Virus record (IMG/VR): IMGVR_UViG_3300031701_000001
Location: 1-47,179 of that record
Source: a virus
Lineage: Duplodnaviria > Caudoviricetes
Strand: one strand, 5' to 3'
Length of the DNA: 47,179 nt
The notes under the pieces are model-generated. The model did no database searches. It saw only the letters and a list, made by a program, of their open reading frames with translations, and was not told the DNA's origin. A program made the position numbers and the translations under genes. Positions 25,842 to 34,800 of the stretch are shown here, piece after piece (position 1 is the first letter of the stretch; each line of letters starts with the position of its first letter).

Positions 25842-26660
25842 ATGAGTACATTCATTAATCATTGTGGAGCCGAGCCAGTCACGCTGGATCAGCTACGAAC
25901 CTTGGCCGACCCCGTGCCATTCACCGAAACCCATTACCCGATCCGCCATGATCACTTCATTGACGAAATGAAACGGGCCATGATCCCCGGCGGCTTTGAG
26001 ATAACCCGCGAGGAATATTCCCTGCGTCAAGACGCCGATGGCGATCACGGGCACGACAACATGTTTGGCATCCTCGAATTCCAAGGCACGGACGATGGCA
26101 TCGCCCATTGTGCTGCCGTGCGTAACAGCGGGACGCAGGATTTCCGAGCCATGCTTGGTTGCGGCGGGCGCGTATTCGTTTGCGACAATCTGATGTTTTC
26201 AGCACAGATCGTAGTGGGCCGAAAACACACGCGATTCATTGAGCGCGATCTGCCGAAGTTGGCCGGGCAAGCGATCCGCAAGATGAGCTTGCAGTTTGAT
26301 TACGGCGATCTCCGCACCAAGGTTTACAGAGAATCCAAGCTGGGCCAAAGATCAGTCAACGATCTAATGATCCGCACCTTGAATGCCGGGGGTATCCCCG
26401 CCAGCCAAATCCCTGCGTGGATCAAGGAATGTGCTAAACCTGCTCACGAGGAGTTCGGGCGGGGCGATGCGTGGTCATTGCTGAATTGCCACACGGAGAT
26501 CGCCAAGCGATGGAACTTCGATGCGATGCAAACCCGCACACAAATTGTGCAGGGCGTCATCGATCAAGGGTTGAACTTGCACGAGCAGATCAAGCCCCTA
26601 CTCGAAAACAAATATGACGCCGAGGAAATTGCCGAAGCGCAGATTGCAGTAACTGCGTAA
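25842..26660 (+). CDS. DUF932-like phage/plasmid protein (272 aa)
   Basis: TETHYPIRH..F, VRNS..., G.RVFVCDNLMF, GRKHT and WSLLN..TE motifs. Confidence 0.75.
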   Translation: MSTFINHCGAEPVTLDQLRTLADPVPFTETHYPIRHDHFIDEMKRAMIPGGFEITREEYSLRQDADGDHGHDNMFGILEFQGTDDGIAHCAAVRNSGTQDFRAMLGCGGRVFVCDNLMFSAQIVVGRKHTRFIERDLPKLAGQAIRKMSLQFDYGDLRTKVYRESKLGQRSVNDLMIRTLNAGGIPASQIPAWIKECAKPAHEEFGRGDAWSLLNCHTEIAKRWNFDAMQTRTQIVQGVIDQGLNLHEQIKPLLENKYDAEEIAEAQIAVTA

Positions 26661-26671
26661 GGCTGTCATGG

Positions 26672-26706
26672 CCCCGCCTCCGAGTTTACTTGGGGGCGGG
26701 GATTTT
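26672..26706 (+). terminator. Putative intrinsic terminator
   Basis: ccccgcctccgag-ttta-cttgggggcgggg followed by atttt, after the DUF932-like stop. Confidence 0.55.
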
Positions 26707-26731
26707 AGAAAAAGGAAACCAGAATGAAATT

Positions 26732-27124
26732 ATGAAACTAATCACACTACTCCTAGCCATGCCATTCGTGGCCCATGCAGCCCCGCACAAAGACCTTGGC
26801 CGCTTCCTTGACGCCCTTCACCGGGTTGAGACCAGCGGCGGCACGGGGCCGATCAAGGGCGACAATGGGCGAAGCCTTGGCCCGCTACAAATCAGCAAGG
26901 CGTATTGGATGGACTCGAAAGCCCCCGGCAAGTACGCAGATTGCGCGGGCCTAGCCTACTCGCAGAAGGTGGCCATCGCTTACTTTGAAAGGTATTGCCC
27001 AGCAGCATTGAATCAAGGCGACTGGGAGAAGCTGGCTCGCATCCATAACGGAGGGCCGCAGGGGCATCGCAGGAAATCGACCTTGGCGCATTGGCGCAAG
27101 GTGAAGAAGGAGATGGGGAAATAA
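26732..27124 (+). CDS. Secreted lysozyme-like (i-type/destabilase-like) peptidoglycan hydrolase (130 aa from ATG 26732)
   Basis: Signal peptide MKLITLLLAMPFVAHA; VETSGG, GDNGRSLGPLQI..YW.D and ARIHNGGP.G motifs. Confidence 0.75.
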   Translation: MKLITLLLAMPFVAHAAPHKDLGRFLDALHRVETSGGTGPIKGDNGRSLGPLQISKAYWMDSKAPGKYADCAGLAYSQKVAIAYFERYCPAALNQGDWEKLARIHNGGPQGHRRKSTLAHWRKVKKEMGK

Positions 27125-27126
27125 TT

Positions 27127-27318
27127 ATGGCACGGGGAAGAAGACCAAAGTTTACAGCCGAAACCGCTGACCGGATCAAGCGACATTGGGAGGAGTCAGA
27201 TCGATCCATGAAAGAGATCGCGGACATGTGGCAATGCGCCCCCGGCACGGTGGATAGAATTATCATGGGCAAATATACCCCCATCGAGGAATGGGAAAAC
27301 TTTAATTACGAAAACTAA
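27127..27318 (+). CDS. Small HTH DNA-binding protein (63 aa)
   Basis: GRRPKFT...SMKEIADMWQCAPGTVDRII. Confidence 0.7.
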   Translation: MARGRRPKFTAETADRIKRHWEESDRSMKEIADMWQCAPGTVDRIIMGKYTPIEEWENFNYEN

Positions 27319-27319
27319 A

Positions 27320-27350
27320 AGGGCCAGCGAGGCCCGAAACATACGACATA
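27320..27350 (+). promoter_or_regulatory. Early promoter-like motif, copy 7
   Basis: AGGGCCA gcgaggcccgaaaca TACGACATA; 8 nt to ATG 27359. Confidence 0.85.
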
Positions 27351-27358
27351 TAAATAGC

Positions 27359-27538
27359 ATGAGTAACTTACAAAACAAAAAAGCGGTGCGCGACCTAGCC
27401 TTGAGCCTTGCCAATGGCGGGCGGGTACGGGTAGCGTCCAGCTTCCACGAGTACATCGACGCCGCGATACGCACGGCGGTTAGCCAGCGTGTGAACCATC
27501 ACGACAACAAAACCGGACGCCGCAAGACGTTGGTGTAG
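27359..27538 (+). CDS. 59-aa histone-fold-like protein (not in the ORF track)
   Basis: MSNLQNKKAVRDLALSLANGGRVRVASSFHEYIDAAIRTAVSQRVNHHDNKTGRRKTLV*; has its own promoter motif; RV[AS] loop, long helix and RKTL end. Confidence 0.6.
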   Translation: MSNLQNKKAVRDLALSLANGGRVRVASSFHEYIDAAIRTAVSQRVNHHDNKTGRRKTLV

Positions 27539-27565
27539 AGGGGAAACATATAAATATATAAAGCT

Positions 27566-27772
27566 ATGAAAACTAAACCCAGAACGATGGATGTCACACC
27601 AAACTATCAGTCCATATTTGAATTGTGTAAGCAATTAGTGCGATCAGAGATGGATAAAGAAAACGGCCAAGACCTAGTCTTGGAGATGCTTGAGTACGGC
27701 CAACGCATGGATGCTGGCAATCAGATGATGCAGAAGAATTTGGCTGCAAAGTACGAGGAGACAACACGATGA
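27566..27772 (+). CDS. Hypothetical protein (68 aa)
   Basis: ATG after an AT-rich leader; coupled to the next gene. Confidence 0.6.
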   Translation: MKTKPRTMDVTPNYQSIFELCKQLVRSEMDKENGQDLVLEMLEYGQRMDAGNQMMQKNLAAKYEETTR

Positions 27773-27957
27773 ATACAAAATACACCATCCCCGATCACTG
27801 GGACACGATTGGTCTTATTACGGGGGAATCAAACGCAATCGCAGAGTATGCGCTGTGGAAGGAGGGTGATTGTGGCGAGTGGCGCGGGGATGAGTTCACG
27901 TTAGCCACCTTTGAGGATTACATTGACAAGCTGAAAGAACAGGAGGCAACACGATGA
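27769..27957 (+). CDS. Hypothetical protein (62 aa) flanked by a 19-bp junction repeat
   Basis: AGGAG RBS and ATGA overlaps at both ends. Confidence 0.6.
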   Translation: MNTKYTIPDHWDTIGLITGESNAIAEYALWKEGDCGEWRGDEFTLATFEDYIDKLKEQEATR

Positions 27958-28352
27958 ATGAATCACGAAGCCGCAGCCTCGCCCAGCTACTAACCATGCC
28001 ATTGGCAGAGCTTGAGGCTATCAAAACCGCGAGCGAGATCGCCATCGCAGCCGCCAAGGAAAAGAGGGAGGCGGCAAGTGAAGCCGTCGCTGCCGCCGAA
28101 TGGCGATTGTCAGATGCTTTGAATGAGGAATCTATCGTAGTCGAGGAGGACGATACGATATGCGTGGCGTATTTCGCCAGAGAAAGGCTCGTTGCCCTCA
28201 AGTATCCAGCGGGATTGCTTGTGGCACTGGAGAAGATCGCGCATGAGTACGAGAACGAGGTTAGCTCGAAAGGTTTGAGCCGCATCGCTATGAACGCAAT
28301 CATGGAGTCGGAGTATATACGAGAAAAAGAAAACGAGGAGACCCCCCAATAA
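27954..28352 (+). CDS. Hypothetical protein (132 aa)
   Basis: AGGAGG RBS and ATGA overlap; helical. Confidence 0.65.
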   Translation: MNESRSRSLAQLLTMPLAELEAIKTASEIAIAAAKEKREAASEAVAAAEWRLSDALNEESIVVEEDDTICVAYFARERLVALKYPAGLLVALEKIAHEYENEVSSKGLSRIAMNAIMESEYIREKENEETPQ

Positions 28353-28357
28353 GAACC

Positions 28358-28591
28358 ATGCCACACATACGCGCTGATGTCCTTGCAACCAAGGGCAATT
28401 GTCAGCAGCTACTCAAGGCTCTCAACGGGCATTGGGTAAATGACTTTGCGGACTCCGAATCCTTTCATAGCATGGCTACCATGCTGGCCAAGGAGACGGG
28501 GGTACTGCGGAACCTAGACAAAGAATCAATCCACCACATAACTAAACTAATAAACGAAACTAAAAAACTATGCCCTCAGAACAATTCTTGA
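28358..28591 (+). CDS. Hypothetical protein (77 aa)
   Basis: Operon continuity. Confidence 0.5.
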   Translation: MPHIRADVLATKGNCQQLLKALNGHWVNDFADSESFHSMATMLAKETGVLRNLDKESIHHITKLINETKKLCPQNNS

Positions 28592-28818
28592 AAACGCACT
28601 GGCATGTGACGAACAAGCCACGCTGGATTAACACCCGTCACATCATATGGTTCACCCCAACTGTCGAACCCGATGCGGGCGCGGATGTGTACTTAACGTG
28701 CGATAATGATGCAACCCATGAGTTCATCGCCGTCAACGAAACCCCCGAAGAACTGATCGACCAGCTTACAGCCCTAATCGACCAGCGGTGTTCCGGTAAC
28801 GATCCTGCACACGATTGA
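28570..28818 (+). CDS. Hypothetical protein (82 aa)
   Basis: WIN..HI...V.ETPEEL pattern (FlbD-like small proteins); converges on the giant gene. Confidence 0.5.
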   Translation: MPSEQFLKTHWHVTNKPRWINTRHIIWFTPTVEPDAGADVYLTCDNDATHEFIAVNETPEELIDQLTALIDQRCSGNDPAHD

Positions 28819-31800
28819 TTCGGGCCACGCCACTTGGAACATTCTTCCTTGCCCAGCGTAGGAAAGCATTCTGCGTGTCGGCCTTGGTTTGCATGCCCAC
28901 TCGGATGGGTTGATTGCTACGCACCACGCTCTTCAAGGATCGCAAGGACATGCCCATCTCCACCAGCGCATCCTTGGCTTCCCGTGCCGCATCAATATCG
29001 CCAGCAAGCAGCGCGTCCTTGAGGTTCACCTTTTTCGTGGTGTACTTGTCATCCGAGAAGATGCCGTTGAACTTGGACTCCACGGAGATACCCGTTTCCT
29101 CGCCAAACCTACGGGCCAAGGTGCGCGTGTAAGAAAGGTCACGCTTCGCAGCCCATAACCCCTCGGCGGGTTTGCCCGTGGCAAGTTCTTCGGCTCGACG
29201 ATACCAGCCGCGACCCAATCCCTCGGTCTGCTTCGCAAGCGGGATGTTCCTAGCCATCTCTACAAATTCCTGCTGGGCTGCTTCGGCAGACATTCCTTTC
29301 TGATACCAGCTACGCCCTGCCCCGATTAAATCGTTGGCGAGGTTGAACAACGGCGGCTTGAACGGGTCTTTCCAGCGACCACCACGGGTGGCTTGCTCCT
29401 TGGCGAGCATCGCGTAGTCACCCCAGAACCCAGTAGCTCCGGTGAACACCATGTTCTTAGTAACTCGCTCCAAAATTTTAGCCAACTTTTCTTCCTCGGC
29501 CTTGTCGATCTCTTCCAAGGATGGATCGCGGCGTTCCTTGTCCGTGAACAGGCCGCTCAACCATTGCAGCAACTCACCGAATAACATGCCACCCGCGAGG
29601 AACCGGATCGCGGGCATTGCTGTGCGATACTTCTTGCCACCCACCTTGGTTCCAAATACCAGTGGCGAGGTCACATTCATAATGATGTCGCGGCCACGTT
29701 GGAATGTCCACCGCTGGAACTGGAGCATCAGCTTGGTGATGCCGCCTTGATTGCCCATGAACAACGGGTGCTGTGCAATCGAGTAAGTGTATTGCTTCTC
29801 GGCCACACTGCGCCGGGCAAACTCTTCCACCAAGGATTGATCGCCAGACAAAAGTAGCTGGGCCTCTTCTTCTGTAAACTTCAATCGCTTCAATGCAGCC
29901 ACGCGCTGTGTCGCCAAGTACTCACCCTTCCGGTTGGCGTAGATGGCGCGGCTGGCCCGTAACCAATTCAAGCTGGCTCCCATTGTCACGCCACGCGCCA
30001 AGCGATCCATTGATTGCTTGAAGTATAATGCTTTGTTGCCAACCTCGCTTATTGCCTTGTCACCTTTGCCCTCGGAGAGACGTTCCTCCATTATCTGCGC
30101 TTGCTGGAAATCCTCCGTGATTGCCCCCATGCCCATCGCTTCCTCGACTAGCTCGGATGACTCAGCCTTCCAGTTGCGTTGGGACACATTCCGTAGCGTC
30201 CTGCCAACGGCCCGTGCCGCTTGCACCAAGGCTCTTCCCCCTTCGGGCAAGGTGGCGCGGAAACCGAACTGCTCATTAGCCAGCATCACGCCGCTTACAA
30301 AGTCACGCACCGCAGTGAAGTAACCCGATAAGTAACTGATACCCGTGATCGATACAGCCCGCTCAAAGAAACGTGATGACTTGGTGGGCGTTTGGCGGCG
30401 GCGGTAGACTGTGTTGGCCACCTCTTTCAAGTAATCCCGTACCGCTTCGTCGTGCCGCGCTGCCTTTATGGCCGCGCCAAATGCGTCTGCTGATTTATTT
30501 GTGGTCTGGCTAAACGCCCAGACTTGGGCTGCGCGGTTACTGAATTGCAGCAGGAACTGCAAGTAACCGTCCACGCTGGTATCATAAAATTCCTTGGGCA
30601 TCCGTAAGCCACGGGCGCGTTCCACGTTGGCCATGAACTCGCCGCCCTGCATCTCAGCCCCGCTGATCATGCCAGCCAAGTACTCCTCGGCAGCAGCGTC
30701 ACTCTCCAGCCCGTCCCGCACCAGCGCGTCCTTCAAACTTTGATACAAGGCTGGGTCGCGGCTGGGTTCATTGATCACATCGAGAACCCTCTGGGATAGG
30801 CGGCGGGGATAATGCAAACGCCCCATGTTCTTCAGTGGCCTCCATTTACCCTTGCCTTCTTGCACTTGGATACCCAGTTCATCCGATAACCCGCCCGTCA
30901 TCTCCGCAGTATCCTCGACCACGCGAATGAGGTTGATCGCGTTTCCATTGGTCATGTTGGTTAAGTGATCCGCTGCCCGCGCACGAGCATCGCGAGCCTC
31001 GCGCTTGATGATCACGCTCAAGGCCCGCTCAAGACGATTGTACTCTGTCCAATCCGGTTGCTCTGCCCCTTGGTTGCGTTGCTTGATTTTCCTCATCTGG
31101 GTCAAGAGGGTATGCACTGCTTGCGTTGACCCGTAGTCCTCCCGAATCTCAAAGTATTTCCCAGCTTCCTCGTGAGCTTCCTTGATCTCGGTACTGGTCA
31201 GCGGCTTCTCCCAGTTTCGCATCCCCGCGAACAGCTTGCCTTGGTACTCGCCCTTCTTGATCTCGTACTGGTACACGCGCTTGGCTAACTTGCTCAAGCC
31301 AATGTCTTCCAGTGTGTCCACTACCGAAAGCCAGTCACCTTTTATGAGCCTTAAAGCCTTCGCCCCAAGCCCACCGAAACTTACGCTGACTGGATCGCCA
31401 TTGTCACCCGCAGTTATCACGGCATCGATCTGTTCCTTGGTTGCAAACTTTGCAGCGTCCTCCTCTGACATGGTAGACCCTTCCAACGGATCGTAGGCGT
31501 AGGTGGCATTCAACTCATGGTTCTTGTCAACCATGCCCTGCTCAATGTCGATGGACTGGAAGACGATGCTGCTGGTCTTCTCGGTGATAGTGGTGTTACG
31601 CACTTGCTCATTCACCAGATCAGCGATGGGCTTGAAGATTTCTGCGTGGGCGGTGTTTTGGTCTCCGGTCACATCGCTGAAATCCATAGTGATGCCACCT
31701 CCAACACTCCCTTTGTGAACCACCGCATACGCACTCTGAATTGAAATCTTGCGCTTAAACATTCTAAGAAGGTCGGACTGCGAGACGATGTCACCGTGAA

Positions 31801-34800
31801 AAACGGTTGCTCCAAGCCCGGAACCACCCACGGCATTGGTTAACTGCTTGCCGCTTCTTTTGTCTGCTAAATATAATAGAGCATACTCGCCTTCTTTCTT
31901 TTTAATTCCAGAAAAGTCACGTTCTCTTTGCTTCACCTCCACCCATTCTGGGAATTCATACATGCTCTCGGCATGCTGCGCGGCTTCCTCCATCACAATG
32001 CTTTGAGCAGCTTTCTTTGTCTTGTGCGTAGAGGGCGTGTAGCTCCCCTCGCTGGGGTCAGCTACAATCAACTCAAAGCCCTCTTGATGGGACAGCACTG
32101 TATCGGTTAACGCTCCGCTGCCACCCGCTTTCTTCGCATACTTCTTAAACTTTTTCGGGATGATCTGGTCGTACAACATGTAAGCCCAGTCCATCTGGCT
32201 GACTTCTTTTTCGAGGGTGTAGGAGGCTTCGGGGGTAAGTAAAAAATTTTCCAGATTTGATTTGAAGGTGCGCGAGCTTCCCGACGGTATCGTGGCCAAC
32301 ACTGCCTCATGCTGCTCATCTGCCGCGCTCGCTGCTTCTTCAGCACCCTTTTTACCAATCAACTTGGCCAGCTTGGATTTGGTTACGTCAGTATGGTAAC
32401 CCGGAAGACGAATTTCCTCTCTATTCCCACCCGAATCATCCTCTTCCTTCCCAAAGTAGCGTACCGTATAAGTCCATTGCCGCACCCCATCCACCACCTT
32501 CTTCTGGTCGCGAGATATTTTCAACGACTTAACAGGGATATCAAGTTTGGAATATCGCTTGGCTGTCTCGGTTCCGTTCATCCAAGATACCTTGGAGTAA
32601 CCGTTTTCAATTGCCCACCGAAGCATACGTTTCACAGCCAGATCGTTATGCCGTGCTTTCATGGTTGGCTCTGGGGTCAGCCTATTCCCGCCACCACTGT
32701 CTTCGGCATCTGAAATCTTCTGCTCAAGGCGCATCACTATGTTGTTATAGTTGTGATACAGCTTGTTTGCTAATTGCTTGGAGCGGACACGCGCGTTGCG
32801 ATTCTTGTCTCGATCAGCCAACGCTTTGTCAAATTCAGCATCGGTCATATCCCCCATCGTTTTTTCATCCCGCTTCAAACGATATTTTTGGGTGCGATCC
32901 CGGAGAGCTTTGTAGTGCTTTAGATCAGCCTTCCACTTGGCCAGTTCTTCCGCCGTGAACCCCATCCCCTCGCCCAATGCATTCCGATAATCCTTCGCCC
33001 AGTCAGACTGCAATTCTTCGATGAACAAAATCTTGTTGCCGTTCTCGTCTACCCGATCATCAAACCTCACATGTACTACCACGTTCATGTCCCGCCAGTG
33101 GCTGGACTGGTACTTGACGGGGGCATCAGCGTCACCCATCATCGTGGGGTTCAAAGGCACGGTCAATCGCATCTCGCGATATGTACCCGGCTCGTAGCCC
33201 TTCAGCACCAAGTCACCTTGGCCGTAAGTTTCCCACCTTGTCTCGCTGCCCTCGGCTACTACCTCGTCTACTGTGACTTGGTTCATGCGGATGAAGGCCG
33301 CAACGTCTTCCTTGTGAACTTGGCCGGGCTTTAGGTTCTCATGGTCAGAAACTGCCAGCCTCCACTCTCTGTCATAGGCTTGCGTGTTCAGTTCCTCTTC
33401 CAACCCAAGGATATCAATCTCGTCCTGCGTGACACCGGGGGACTTCTTCAGCTTGGCAAGCAACTGATCCGGTGTCCAAACGTCTTGAGGTAATCGCTCG
33501 GTAACCGCAATCATCTTGCTGAAGAATCCTGCGTTGCCAGTATGGCTAACATCGAGATCACCCGCCATTGGATCAAAGGCGAATTGCTTGGTGCTGTCTG
33601 GTCGCCGCCGCCCACGCCGTGCTTCTTCAATCCGCTTATTTTCAAGCGATTCGCGGGTATCAATGTGAGTAAGCTCAACATTTTCGGGGCGTTCCATCAA
33701 CGTACTCGTAGCACTCTGCACTCGTGCAAGGACGGTCACATCGTTATAGCTAATCCCCAAAAGCGTAGCGATGTGACGCTTGAGCGTGTCCCACAAACTA
33801 TTCAAGCGGCCCATCGACGGGTAAAATGAGTTTCTCTGTTCCGCTGGGTCAGCAATGTCACTCATCTTGATGGACTGTAGAAATTTTTGAAACTTTCTGT
33901 CGGACATTGCTTCAGCCATCATTTCGTGAACGTCAGCCAACCCGTAATAATACTGGTTTGATGAGTATCCTACTCGCGAGTCCTTTGCGCCTTTGTAGAA
34001 ACTTTCGGGCTGATTGGATAATCTGTGGTGAATCAGATTCAACTCGACCACCGCAATCTCAGACTCGCTGGGTTTTCCTCCCTTGGTGAAGTCGTCAATA
34101 ACGGCTGCAACCCATTCTGAATTTAAGCCCCTCTCACGTTGGTTGAGCCAGAAATTCTCACCCCCTAAACGGTCGGCTGACCTTTTCACCACGTCATCGT
34201 GGGCGCGTGATGTTTTCCCGTGGACAATTTCGTGAATCGTGGTGGTGGTGTACTCTTTGATTTGGGCACTCATTCTAATCGAGTCTTTCAACTCTCCCGT
34301 TTCTTGAACGACATCTGGTTTCCATGCGCTTGTTTTTGAGAAGTCATCAAGAACGTGTTCAATCGGTATATCTGGGGTAGTCCCTTTGAGAACTTGCTCA
34401 CTCATCACCTTCTCAAGCTCGTTTCCATTGGCTATGATGTATTCCAGATTGCCGTGTGCCGTTGGTGGAGCATCGAATAACCCTTTTAGGAATTCGGGAG
34501 AGTTTGATACTCCCTCGTTTAAGGCTAGGGCGCGGTCTATTCTGGCAGCTTCCGCTGACTCGGCTGGGGTGGGATTATCCAGTTCTGACTCAAGTGGAGG
34601 TGACTCAACTGGGGCTGACTCAACTGGGGCGAATTCACGAACGGACTTATCATACTCAAGGTATTCCTTGGAGGTTTTCGGATGCATTGGATCAAAGGCG
34701 AATTGCTTGGACTCTGACCGGACATCCCCAAAACTTCGCCAATCTTTTCTGCTGCTAGTCTCGGACTCCATTACCGTGGAGGAAGAATCCATAACCCTAC

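Noticed and set aside
25052-27335. GGCC-N5-GGCC hairpins within some motif copies as N4-type hairpin promoters
   Set aside because: Pairing is good only in copies 4, 6 and 7, and I found no virion RNA polymerase motifs.
23486-27350. Early-region repeats as a CRISPR array or integron attC sites
   Set aside because: Intervals range from about 270 to 1530 bp and contain whole ORFs; the repeat centre varies while the spacing is fixed; no cas operon or integron integrase is present.
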